64,000 nucleotides of DNA from a virus. Positions 48,154 through 58,400 of the stretch are shown here, in pieces. Location: IMG/VR virus record IMGVR_UViG_3300025728_000001, positions 21,817 through 85,816 of that record. One strand, given 5' to 3'. Made by a program: the position numbers and the translations under genes. The notes under the pieces were generated by a model. It made no database searches. It was not told the origin of the DNA and worked only from the letters and a program-made list of their open reading frames with translations. Every line of letters begins with the position of its first letter. Positions within the stretch are counted from its first letter, which is position 1.

Positions 48154-48207
48154 CAATGTATAGGGATACTTTTCCGGGGTTCGCCCCGGCGAAGTATCGA
48201 GGTTTTT

Positions 48208-48987
48208 ATGAACAAACCGTTAAACGGCAGTTTCGACCAGATCAAAGACGGATTTGGGCACTACCTGCAACGCTGGCGTGACGGCCTTTACGCGGACTAC
48301 GCCGACACCAAGGCGGTAAAGGCGTTCATGGCTAAGCCGTTCGCTGAGGCCGTCAAATTTGCGTCCGGGCGCATGGTGGACGATGCCGAGGCCATGCTGG
48401 AGGCCTACCAGAAGAACAAAAACGGGCCGCCCGGTAAAACCACGCTGTTTCCGGTGCTGCTGCTCGCCATGGATGAGAATTTTGTCGGTACCGGCGCCGA
48501 CTGGGGTGGCGATCAGATTGGCCGCACCCTGCAACAAATCGAAGAGGGCGGATCCTGGTACGGGCATAAGCATGTTATGCAGGATCGGCGCCTACAGATG
48601 GTGCTCATCGCCAGCGAAGGCGGATCGGCGCAAAGCCTGGCCGCGCAGCTGTCGTCGTTCATCAAAGAGCCGTCTAACCGCTATTTCAATGCCGTGTACC
48701 AGTTCGGCCAGTACAACGTTCCGGTGCCTCAGACACTGGAATCTGTGCGAATCGACTGGATGGAGGTCAAACAGGATGAGAAGAACATCAAGATCCTGGT
48801 GGCCGACCTGACACTCAAATGTACGATTCCGTTCTTTGATGCCCCGGCCGATGGCGCGCCCAATGACGGTTCCGACAAGGTGCCGCCAGGCTATCCGGTC
48901 GTGATCGATACCCAGCACGCCGCGCGCAGCCTCCTGGCCGACACAGCGACCATGCCACCGGGCCGCGTTATGGGTACCCGCCAGTGA
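48208..48987 (+). CDS. Tail terminator/baseplate protein (P1 gp24-like)
   Basis: 259 aa; synteny 24-6-5. Confidence 0.5.
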   Translation: MNKPLNGSFDQIKDGFGHYLQRWRDGLYADYADTKAVKAFMAKPFAEAVKFASGRMVDDAEAMLEAYQKNKNGPPGKTTLFPVLLLAMDENFVGTGADWGGDQIGRTLQQIEEGGSWYGHKHVMQDRRLQMVLIASEGGSAQSLAAQLSSFIKEPSNRYFNAVYQFGQYNVPVPQTLESVRIDWMEVKQDEKNIKILVADLTLKCTIPFFDAPADGAPNDGSDKVPPGYPVVIDTQHAARSLLADTATMPPGRVMGTRQ

Positions 48988-49883
48988 ACGTCTACCTGCG
49001 CGAGGGCGGCGACCAGCTCCCTACCGACGTGATACTCAAGTGGGTGGGGCGCTCTGACCTGACGCCTATCCCGCGCTCGCTTGAATTCACGGTGAAGCTG
49101 ATCGATGGCGTCCAGGAAAAGCTTAAAGTCGGCGCCTCGGTATGGGCCGGGCGGGAAAACCTGCGCTATGAAATCGTCAAGAGCGACCGGGCGCAGCCGC
49201 TTGGCCAGGTGCAGGGCAAGAATCAGCAGCAGGCCATGAAAGTGACCGCATTGCTTCACCGCTGCGCCTCAATCGCCCGCCCGCTCAATAGTGCGGTGAT
49301 CCTGACCGGTACCACGCTTGGGGCGATCTACCGGGCGTGTGGGGCGTTCATGCCGGTGACCAGCGACTTCGCGGTACCGCGCTTTACCTGTTTCAAAGGT
49401 CACCAGCCCAGCTATCCGCTGGCGCAGGCACTCCAAGAGGAAGGCGCGGCGCTGGTGCTCAGGAATGGAAGCATTACCGCCATGCGCCTGACTGACATGG
49501 CCAAGCAGGCGCCCCTGGCGGATATCGGCCAGGTGGACAGCAGCGCCAAGATCGAAAGCGAGTTTCTGCAACTCCAGGACATCCCGTCGTTCTACTCGGT
49601 CAACGACAGCGCCGCCATTGTCCTGGGGCAGATGGGCCAGACCCGTCGCGTGGAGTTCATGGCCCGCGCCGACGAGCGCCAGCTGAGGAACGCCAGTTGT
49701 GTCCTGGTGCGCAGCAAGACCGTAGACAGCAACATTTGCCAGCAGTACCAGGCCGGTGACGTGCTACGGGTGGCCGGAGAGAACCTGGTGATCATCACCG
49801 CCGCACACGCCTTTGAAAACCTTGAGGGGGCGCAGGAAAGCCGCAGCCGCCTATGGCTCGGGAAGCTGATCAATGCCCAGTAA
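48984..49883 (+). CDS. Baseplate hub protein (P1 gp6-like)
   Basis: RSDLTPIPRSLEF; precedes the spike. Confidence 0.55.
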   Translation: MNVYLREGGDQLPTDVILKWVGRSDLTPIPRSLEFTVKLIDGVQEKLKVGASVWAGRENLRYEIVKSDRAQPLGQVQGKNQQQAMKVTALLHRCASIARPLNSAVILTGTTLGAIYRACGAFMPVTSDFAVPRFTCFKGHQPSYPLAQALQEEGAALVLRNGSITAMRLTDMAKQAPLADIGQVDSSAKIESEFLQLQDIPSFYSVNDSAAIVLGQMGQTRRVEFMARADERQLRNASCVLVRSKTVDSNICQQYQAGDVLRVAGENLVIITAAHAFENLEGAQESRSRLWLGKLINAQ

Positions 49884-50409
49884 TAAGCACCCTGGATTCA
49901 TCCGCATAGTGGACCGGGACCGCCGCGAGGTGCGCGTAGAGATACCGCCCTTCACCGACGGGGCCGCCGAGTTGCCTATCGCGGAAATCGAATACCCGAT
50001 TGGTGATGACTCGCAAAACACCGAGATTCGTCTGGTCGCGGGGCGCCCGGTGTGGATTGAGTTCATCGCGGGCGATCCGCGCCGGCCGCTCATCACCGGG
50101 TATCGCAATCCGAACACGGGTAACGTGATCGGCATGCGCCGCTGGAACCATGACAACTTTGAAATCAACGCTGACCAGGTGTTCACGATCAATGCAGGTG
50201 CGCAGATTGCCCTGGTGGTCGGCGGCACGTCTCTGGTGCTCACACCGGACGCCATCGCGATGATTGCCACGGCGCTGAGCATCCAGGCAGCGGTAACGAT
50301 TGAGGGAGCTGTCACGCAGACCGGTGGCGACATCACCAGCGACGGTATCAGCGTTCAACACCACAACCACCCTACAGCGCCGCCTGGCCCGCCAAGCGAG
50401 CCGGTATAA
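49873..50409 (+). CDS. Baseplate spike (gpV / P1 gp5-like)
   Basis: OB-fold VWIEFIAGDPRRPLI; C-terminal HHNH metal-binding apex. Confidence 0.8.
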   Translation: MPSNKHPGFIRIVDRDRREVRVEIPPFTDGAAELPIAEIEYPIGDDSQNTEIRLVAGRPVWIEFIAGDPRRPLITGYRNPNTGNVIGMRRWNHDNFEINADQVFTINAGAQIALVVGGTSLVLTPDAIAMIATALSIQAAVTIEGAVTQTGGDITSDGISVQHHNHPTAPPGPPSEPV

Positions 50410-50499
50410 CTCCTGGTCAGGGGTTTGTTCATCGCGTGAACACACCCCCGCTCATCCCTGTGAGATAGCGAACAAGCCTGTCAGATATCGTTCAAGCAG

Positions 50500-50997
50500 T
50501 TAGAGCGGCAATTCGTCTTGCACGCTGACTGCTGATGTCTCAACTTGACGCCCGCGCTCAGCAGAGTAGGTCACGCGCAGCTGGAAGGCCTGACGCTGCA
50601 TACAGATCTTGCGCCACTCGCCGCGACCAAAATAAAGCGGATTCACTTGGTATTCATTGGTCGACACCCGGCAGATCAAGTCCTTTTTGCACAGCTCGTT
50701 CAAACGGTTTCGAAAGGTTTGATCGGCAATCCCCAAGTTCGCGGCAATCTCTTTTCGCGACCGAGGCGAAAGCAGGATGTACCCCTCAAAGTCGAGCCGG
50801 CGCAGCAGCGACAGCAAGAACGTTTTGAGCGAGTCGGACACGTTGATCAGTACGCAGAGGTCGTCGAGGTACAGCTTGACGTAGGGCGGCTCACTGGGTA
50901 ATTGGAAAACATTGTGGGTGGTGCTTTCGATCACTTCGCCAGTCTGGAAGTTAACCACTTGAGAGCTGGTGCTCTGTACGACTTTTTTGGTAGCCAT
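50500..50997 (-). CDS. RepL-family plasmid replication/maintenance protein
   Basis: NFQTGEV...YVKLY...wHTH...YQVNPLYFGRG; AGGAGG RBS at 51005-51010. Confidence 0.75.
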   Translation of the reverse strand: MATKKVVQSTSSQVVNFQTGEVIESTTHNVFQLPSEPPYVKLYLDDLCVLINVSDSLKTFLLSLLRRLDFEGYILLSPRSRKEIAANLGIADQTFRNRLNELCKKDLICRVSTNEYQVNPLYFGRGEWRKICMQRQAFQLRVTYSAERGRQVETSAVSVQDELPL

Positions 50998-51102
50998 GCC
51001 GGATCCTCCTTTGTACCTTGTTAGATAGGTACATCCTAACATGTACAATGGTTCAGGTGTACTCCACTGAGTGAGTACATAAGTGCGCTGCGATCTTGGG
51101 AT

Positions 51103-51220
51103 TTTGTACCGTCCAGACGGTACAAATCTCGGGATAGGGGTTTTGGCCATTTGTACCGTCCACACGGTACAAACCTAACCGTCTCCACGGTACAAAAGTA
51201 ACCGTCTGGACGGTACAAAA
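51103..51220. repeat. Four palindromic iterons (TTTGTACCGTCnnnACGGTACAAA), putative plasmid origin
   Basis: Copies at 51103, 51150, ~51177, ~51200; AT-rich tract at 51255-51270. Confidence 0.8.
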
Positions 51221-51613
51221 CTCCGCTCTAGCCCACGCGGCACAAGGCTCTCCCTAATCTCTTATATTATGGGGGTGTTCCAGAAGGGCAAAAGTCGCCT
51301 GCGGCAGCGGCCAGTTGTTCACGGGTGACAGACTTGGCTCGCGCCGGCGCTAGTCACCCGCGCCCAACCGGCTTGCAGGGGCGTTCGGCGGGGCGGGTGG
51401 GTGAATTACAAGAAACCAATCGTTCAGCCCATCTTTCTGCCTTGTAGGGCAGGCACACCAAGGCTTCTAGTGGGCTTCATATGCAGAAATTTGTAATTCA
51501 CCCACCCGATTCCGTTTATTACCCCTGAGCCATTTGCAGCGCAAAGCCCGCCCGGTCCCGCCCTTTTTGCCCCTTCACAATGTCCCCAGTAAATCCAATC
51601 CATGGGGGCAGTC

Positions 51614-53176
51614 ATGCCAGCTACGAACAAACTCGATTTCTCCAATGCCCAGGCCGCTGCCAAGGCGCTCAAGAAAGTCAGTACGATCATGATCCGCGCG
51701 GGCCAGCCCGTGGTTTCATCTGAATTCAGCGACAAAGCCCGTCGCGTGGCGGGTGTCACGTACCGGGAAGCGTCGTTAACCGTCGCCAGTGGGCAAATCG
51801 TTGTGCTGCGCGTGAATGCGACCGGCGATATCTTCCAGGTGCTGCTCAATGGCTCCGTGCAACCGATGAAGAATCAGACCGATTCTGACAAGGCGGTGAT
51901 GGAGATTGCCGCGCTGCTGGAAGGTGGTCAGGTGGCATTTCAGAAAGCCCAGGCTCGCAAAGCGATTGCTCTGCCTAAGGGTATGAGCACGCCGGCGCCG
52001 AAACAGGCCGCGGTTTACGCCGAGCGCGTGGCGCAGCTCGATACGCAGATTGCCGAGCGCCAGGCGACGGTGGCGGACCTACAGCAGCAACTGGGGGCGA
52101 TGACCGACAGCCTGGAGCCTGCGCCAGCGGCTCCCGCTCAGAATCAAAACCCTGAGCCAATGTCGTGGCTTGGTTTCAAACTCGTTAATCAGGCATTCGT
52201 CGATGAGGTTGGCCCGATGGAAGTCCCTTCGCGCTTCCAGATCGGCGCTGATGTATTTCTCGGGCTTGGGCAGGAAGGGGACAGGATGGACATAGCCGCC
52301 AAGGTGATCGGGGCAAATTTCCGCGCATCGAAGGTGCATTACACGCTGGCGGTCCCTACTCAGTCCGTCGGTGAGCAGCAGATGTACGCGGTGCTGTACG
52401 ACGTGGACTCACTGTCGGTTGCCTCCGCTGGCGACATCTTGCTCGACAGCATTCCTGACTTTTCGCCAGTCCAGTCCCTGGAGGCTCACAAGGAGCCATT
52501 ACCCGATGATGAGGGGCTGGCCGCCACACTGCTCGATGCGATCAATCAGCAGCCGAAGGGATTCCCGCGCAAGTGGGGAGGCAAGCTGTACAACTTCGAT
52601 CAGTTCAAGCTGGTACCAGCCGATGAGCATGGCGAATTGCCGGGGGCCTGGACGCTTATTGACGGCGCCGTCCCGGTAGCTGATTCGCTGCTGGATGGTA
52701 TCGAGCAGCCTCAAGACGAAGAGCTGACCGTATCAGGCGCCTACGTGGCCGCGCGGGAGATTGTCCTGGCCGATCCGGCGATGATGGATAGCATGGCCAC
52801 CGCTGGCGCTATCGAACAGCTCAGACAAGCGCTGAGCGTGGTCGAGACGAATGCCCCGATAAATGAGGCCGAGGGGAATCTGGACCAGGCGAAGCTTGAG
52901 CGCAGCCTGGCGAAGTCCTTTATCACCGCCATTGCCATGCTCGACAGCGTAGCCCCTGACTTTGGGGACTCAGGCCTGTCGGAGCTGGTGAACATCGCCA
53001 TTGTGTCGGCGGCGGACGTGAGCGATATCAAGGATGAGGAAGCGTTGGCGCAGCTGCTCGCGTTGGGCATGGTCGAGACTGCCGAGGGTCTTTACATGTT
53101 GACCGACAAAGGCCGAAGCGCCTTGGAAGACGCTGGCTTTGATGCCTACGGCGAGCCCTTTGCCGCAGAGGATTAA
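51614..53176 (+). CDS. DarA/Hdf-like anti-restriction capsid cargo protein
   Basis: DarA_N-like RRVAGVTYRE..L...GQ.V.LRV...GDIFQVLLNG plus coiled coil. Confidence 0.7.
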   Translation: MPATNKLDFSNAQAAAKALKKVSTIMIRAGQPVVSSEFSDKARRVAGVTYREASLTVASGQIVVLRVNATGDIFQVLLNGSVQPMKNQTDSDKAVMEIAALLEGGQVAFQKAQARKAIALPKGMSTPAPKQAAVYAERVAQLDTQIAERQATVADLQQQLGAMTDSLEPAPAAPAQNQNPEPMSWLGFKLVNQAFVDEVGPMEVPSRFQIGADVFLGLGQEGDRMDIAAKVIGANFRASKVHYTLAVPTQSVGEQQMYAVLYDVDSLSVASAGDILLDSIPDFSPVQSLEAHKEPLPDDEGLAATLLDAINQQPKGFPRKWGGKLYNFDQFKLVPADEHGELPGAWTLIDGAVPVADSLLDGIEQPQDEELTVSGAYVAAREIVLADPAMMDSMATAGAIEQLRQALSVVETNAPINEAEGNLDQAKLERSLAKSFITAIAMLDSVAPDFGDSGLSELVNIAIVSAADVSDIKDEEALAQLLALGMVETAEGLYMLTDKGRSALEDAGFDAYGEPFAAED

Positions 53177-53655
53177 ATCGAAGTGATCTGATACAGGCGG
53201 GCGATGTCGTCACTCATTCGCCCAAGTGACTCGATACCGCGCTGGCGTGACATGAAGTGCGCCAGCGCCAGTACCGCCACCTCAGCGTTGCCGATATCGC
53301 CAGCCAGTCGGTATTTCTGCCCCTGCGTGTCCACGCCATCCGTTTCGATCCGTGGGCGGTACCGGGCCACGTCGTCGGCCAGCAGGATGGTAGCCATCCC
53401 CTCGGCTTCCTTGTACGCGGTAATCGCTGCCGCCAGGTGTTCCTCTTTGAACAGGCAGTCGTAGTTTTTCAGTCGAAGGTTTGTCACAAAGGCAAAGCCC
53501 TCGTCTGCAACCTCCCTATACGTGATCTTGTCCAAGACAGTCATTGTCCCTAGCGCGTTGCTTTTGAACGCCATCAGGGTTATAGGCTCAGCCCCTGCGC
53601 CACCATAGCCGCCTATGGACACCATGATTTTCATTCCGGCCGGTGCTTCTGACAT
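53173..53655 (-). CDS. Hypothetical protein
   Basis: GGAG RBS; coding-like 160 aa ORF. Confidence 0.55.
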   Translation of the reverse strand: MSEAPAGMKIMVSIGGYGGAGAEPITLMAFKSNALGTMTVLDKITYREVADEGFAFVTNLRLKNYDCLFKEEHLAAAITAYKEAEGMATILLADDVARYRPRIETDGVDTQGQKYRLAGDIGNAEVAVLALAHFMSRQRGIESLGRMSDDIARLYQITSI

Positions 53656-53771
53656 GCCATATCTCCATATGAATACATAAATTTGATGTAGTGATGTTTG
53701 CAGTTAGAACAATCAAATGATAATGTCTTTTCCGTCGAGGCTTTCGACACGCCAGAGAAAGGAAAAGACCG

Positions 53772-54005
53772 ATGAGAACTAGAAATCTTAAGCGTCAACG
53801 CCAGGCCATTTGGGCCGGCTGTTTGCTCATGGTTGCGCTGTATCTGATTGTGGTCAGCTTTCTAGGAGGTAGCGATTATGACCAAGCCGTGGTGGATCAT
53901 CAGTGGAAGTGCCAGATGATCAGTGAGGGCGTTTGGCCCAAGGATCCGGCCACTCATTGCTCCGAGCCCCTTGAGACGCTGGCGCTCAACACCGTCAACC
54001 AGTAA
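53772..54005 (+). CDS. Small single-pass membrane protein
   Basis: One TM segment; C.MI..G.WP motif. Confidence 0.55.
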   Translation: MRTRNLKRQRQAIWAGCLLMVALYLIVVSFLGGSDYDQAVVDHQWKCQMISEGVWPKDPATHCSEPLETLALNTVNQ

Positions 54006-54021
54006 CCACGCTGCACGCCAC

Positions 54022-54047
54022 AAGCCCCGCTCCCTCGGGGCTTTTTT
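54022..54047 (+). terminator. Rho-independent terminator
   Basis: AAGCCCCG-CTCCCT-CGGGGCTTTTTT. Confidence 0.75.
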
Positions 54048-54165
54048 ACGCCTGCAATAACACCATAGCGCATTAACGCCATACCGTCATAACAGAACAG
54101 ACCTATTGCGTTATGACGGGATAGCGCTAGAATTCGGCCATAATCAATTGGCCGGAGCGCTACAC

Positions 54166-54807
54166 ATGACAGTTATCGCGGTGATGAATCAGAAGGGCGG
54201 CGTGTGCAAAACCACCACTTGTGTCGGGCTGGCGCGGGCGCTAGATCTGGATGAGCGGGACGTGGTGCTGGTTGACTCGGATCCGCAGGGCAGCATGGTC
54301 GACTGGGCGGCGGCGAATGATTCGCAGCCCATTCAGGTGTACGTGATTGAGCGCACGAAGTTGGAGCGAGAAATTCCAAAGCTCACCAATGAATTCGTAA
54401 TCATCGACGGTACAGCGAAGGCCGCCGATCTGGCCTTGAAGACAATCAATGTCGCGGACCTGATCTTGATCCCCGTGCAGCCTTCCCCGCTTGACGTGTG
54501 GGCCACCAGCGAAATGGTGGACATGATTCACGACCGGATTGAAGAACAGAAAGCCGCGGGCGAGACGCCTGTACGCGCTGCCTTTATCGTTAGTCGCTCA
54601 TCAAGTCGGGCAAAGCTGAGCAAGAAAATTTCCGCGACTCTGGCGGGTTATGGCTTTCCAGTGCTGGAGGCTCGACTTTCACAGCGCCAAGAGCACCCGA
54701 ACTCTCATATGTCCGGGAAAACCCCTTTGGACACGCAGCCGCGCGGCCCAGCAGCGGCGGACCTTCGGGCTATCAAGGATGAAGTGTTGGCGCTCTTGGC
54801 GTCGTAA
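54166..54807 (+). CDS. parA: ParA partition ATPase (type Ib, ParF-like)
   Basis: NQKGGVCKTT, DSDPQGS, VIIDG, IPVQPSPLD. Confidence 0.93.
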   Translation: MTVIAVMNQKGGVCKTTTCVGLARALDLDERDVVLVDSDPQGSMVDWAAANDSQPIQVYVIERTKLEREIPKLTNEFVIIDGTAKAADLALKTINVADLILIPVQPSPLDVWATSEMVDMIHDRIEEQKAAGETPVRAAFIVSRSSSRAKLSKKISATLAGYGFPVLEARLSQRQEHPNSHMSGKTPLDTQPRGPAAADLRAIKDEVLALLAS

Positions 54808-54869
54808 ATAGACGCTAAGGAGTTAAATGCACTATCATGCCGAAAACGTCTTAACGCTAAAGGTGAGCC

Positions 54870-55115
54870 ATGAGTGAATTATCCATTAAGCCGCGCCAGT
54901 CGCGCACGCAGGAAGAAAAGCCTGCCGTAGAACTCGCCCCTGGCCGCCCGAGCAAGACGCCTAAGGTGATCAAGCTGGGCGCTAAAGAGCGGTTGAACCC
55001 CTACGTGACTCCCGAGCAGAAGCGCAAGCTGCGTCTACTCGCGGTAGACCGTAATTGCTCGATGTCTGAAATCATCGGGGTGCTGATCGACGAGGCAGAA
55101 ACGCCGACATTCTAG
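54870..55115 (+). CDS. ParG/RHH-like centromere-binding partner
   Basis: Small protein after parA; RLNPYV...KLRLLA...MSEII ribbon-helix-helix pattern. Confidence 0.7.
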   Translation: MSELSIKPRQSRTQEEKPAVELAPGRPSKTPKVIKLGAKERLNPYVTPEQKRKLRLLAVDRNCSMSEIIGVLIDEAETPTF

Positions 55116-55131
55116 GGATGCCGGCTTACCA

Positions 55132-55218
55132 AAGGGTGCCCATGCGGCGCCCTTTTTTGTGCCTGCGATTCGGGAGGAAGTGATCGGGCATAAAAAAACC
55201 GCCCCGAGAGGCGGTTTT
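55132..55218. terminator. Pair of terminator hairpins (bidirectional)
   Basis: AAGGGTGCC..GGCGCCCTTTTTT and AAAAAAACCGCC..GGCGGTTTT. Confidence 0.7.
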
Positions 55219-55432
55219 AAATATGTCCACGAGTAGTTCCGCAGCGTTTTAGCGGACAGAAACGTAACTACTCGCCCTCTCCCACCTGCGTTAGCAAGGT
55301 CAAGATAGTGAAGCTATTTAAAGCCAGCCGATGCGGCCGCGTCAATTGGTGATTTGGCGCCACGCAAGCAAACCGCCGGCCGGGACTAGGGGAATCGGGC
55401 GGTATCGTGGCTGCTTTCAGGGAGCGGCTTCG

Positions 55433-58400
55433 ATGACAGACGTTTTTAGCAATCTCCAGAGCGCCGCGCATGCCGGCGCCTTTGGCATGGGCTCGCACGC
55501 ACAGCCCACGCCCGCGCAGATCAAGGCCGGCAACTACGCCAAGGGCAGCTTTCGCCTGCACGGCCTGCGCATCACCATTGAAACCCCCATGTTCCAGTCC
55601 CGCCGGGGCAAAGAAGACGGTAAGCCCTGGTCGATCACCTGCATGGCGCATTACGGCTATGTGAACGGCACCAAGGGCGCCGACGGTGACGCCGTGGACG
55701 TGTTCGTGGGACCAGTGCCCGAGAGCCTGCGCGTGTACGTGGTCAACCAGAACGCCAAGGACGGCTCATTCGATGAGCACAAGGTGCTGCTGGGCTTTAT
55801 CGACCAGGACCAGGCCTGCACCGCCTACATGAACTCTTACGAAAAGGGTTGGACCGGCCTGGGCAGTGTCGCGGCCTGCACCATCAAGCAATTCAAGTAT
55901 TGGCTCAAACACGGGGATCTAAGCCAGCCCCTCTCCCCCGACTTACCCAATATTCCGCAAGATGAGGCGTTGAGCATGACTGATGTATTTGCGCGCTGGG
56001 GCGCTGACAACCTACCCGTAGGGCAGACCGTGGGCGCCTTGCTGTACGAGCTGCGCCGCTCCGATCCGGACGGCCTGATGTTCGACAGCGCCACCATGGC
56101 CGATATCACTGAGAGCCTGGCCGACGACGGCACAATGCTCGATGCCATGGTGATCGAGTACAAGCAGTTTGAGCGCAAGGCTGGCCAGCTGCTCAAAGTG
56201 ATGCAGAACGTAGGCGGTGAGGTGAAGGCCGACGCTGTGGAAGTCAGCAAGCCGTTCAAGAGCAAGGGCACCACCCAAGTAGCCATGCTGTTCACCATGA
56301 GCGACGGCCAGAGCGTGTCGGTGTTCTTCCACAACCCGGACAGCACGCCCAACAAGCTCACGCCAGCCGACGAGCTGATCAGCTGGAAGTGGGTACAGAA
56401 CAAGAGGGACATCACCGCTGTGGTGGCGCCTGAGAGCGGCCAAGACCTCAACCCGCGCATTGTGTGCCGCCGGATCATGGCGCTGATTCAGAAGAACAGC
56501 GCCAAGTTCATCAAGGCGAACGAAGGCAAGACCGCCCGCACCGCCGCGCTCGATGAGCTGAAAGCCAGTGTGGAAAGCAAAACCGGCGAGCTGGCGGCAC
56601 TCGACACCCAAATCAGCGAACTACAGGCGCAGCTGGCTGAGAAGAAGGCCGCCCCGGTGGTGCCAGTCGCTCCAGTGGTCGAGCCGGTAGCCGTTGAGCC
56701 TGTTGCAGTGCTGGCGTCGACACAATGGCCAGCAGACGCCAAGGCGATGGCTACAGCGTTGAAGCGCCTGGCCACTGATTCCCCGACACCTATCCGGATC
56801 ATCCGAGCGACTAAGGGCGAGCGTCAAAGTGTCCAGGTGATCACTGAGCGAGGTGAGTTTGCCACGTTCACTACCATCGTCGCCCTGAAGACGCCCGAGG
56901 GTGCTGCATCGTTCTGGTATGTCTCCGCGACTGACTCCGACAAGCCGTCGGCCCCGCTTGATCGCCAGGAGCGCGATTACTTTGCAGCGCTGGTCAAAGC
57001 TACGAACGAACTCCCGCGCGCTGTAGTCGCTGAGCCTGCCCTTGCCCCTGTCGTCGAGCCTGAGCCGGTATCGACCGATCCTGTTGTCCCCGTCAGCACC
57101 GCCAGCGTCATCCTGGAGGACTACGCCGACGTTGCAGCGCTTGGCGAAGCCGTCGTGCTCAGCACCGGTTCCGAAAACGTGTACCTGGTCAAGGATGGCG
57201 TCCAGTACATGACGAAGTTGCTCAACACAGACGTGTATGAGCCGAAAGTGGGCGAAGTGGTCGACCTGTCGGGCGTGGTTGATCCGTTCGCCGTGTCCGA
57301 TGTAGATGAGTCGTCCGCAATTCTTCAAGGTCCAGCCGGGCCGGTGACTGTCGCCAAGACCAAATATGTAGAAACCGGTGAATGGGGCGTGAGTTGGGCC
57401 AGCACCCACCTCGCTACCGCTGCAAGCAAGGCCGAAGGTGTTGCCATTGCTGAGCGCGTCATTGCGTCGGGCGCTGACAACATCGACGGCATGCGTGCGG
57501 CGGTTGCCGTGACTACCCCCGAGCCGGTAGCAGAGCCAGAATCTGACCCGTATGAGGAAATTAACACCGCCCTCACGGCCGTGGGCTTTACCCGCGTGCA
57601 GCAAAATGACTGGGCTTCGCCGGCGTACCCTCTTGAAAATGGAGGGACTAAAGGTTTCAACGTGCGCGCCGGCGGGGAACCTGTGAGCATGCGCCTGAGC
57701 TTCCGTGTCACTTTTCCGGGGATTACAGGGGGCGGCCAGGAGGTCGGTACCTATCAAGATATCCCTTCGCTCATGGCTGCACTCGCTGCCGAGCAAGCCA
57801 AGGTCGCCCCGGCGCCAGTTGCTGAGCCTGACGAAACCGAAGACACCGGCGTTATCGAAGCCGAAGGCCGAGACAACACCGTCAAAACCGCCAAGGGCAC
57901 CAAGGTCGTGACCGGCTTCAAGGTGATCGAAGCGAAGAACCTGATCATCAGCCACGAGACTGACGGCACGATAAACCCTGACTACCCGGCTGAAATCCAG
58001 CCGCGTGACCGGGCGCGGGCGACATCGCAGGCGTGGGTGCAAAAGACAGCACGCAATCTTGACCCGGACAGCCTGGGGCGCACTCAGCGTGCCGACAGTG
58101 GCGCGCCTATCGTTGGTACCGACCGTGTGGTCGAATCGGGCAACGGCCGCGCCATGGCAGTCCGTGAGGCCTACCGCATTGGCCAGGCCGATGAATACCG
58201 GGAGTGGTTGCTGGAAAACGCGGAGTACTTCGGCGTAGACCCGGCCAAGATTCAGCGCATGAAAGCGCCGGTGCTGGTGCGTGTGCGTAAAACCGAGGTG
58301 AATCGGGTGGAGTTTGCCGTGGAATCCAACCAGGACGACAAGCTGGCGATGACGGCCACCGAGAAGGCCCGCAGCGATGCCAAGCGCCTGGACACCGCCA

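Noticed and set aside
51103-51220. CRISPR array
   Set aside because: Spacers are 2-23 bp and irregular and there are no cas genes; better explained as Rep-binding iterons.
53660-53701. GCAAA late promoter on the minus strand for ORF 53173..53655 (also GCAAA at 952, 7240 and 51288)
   Set aside because: The hexamer at +30 lacks the A2/T6 pattern.
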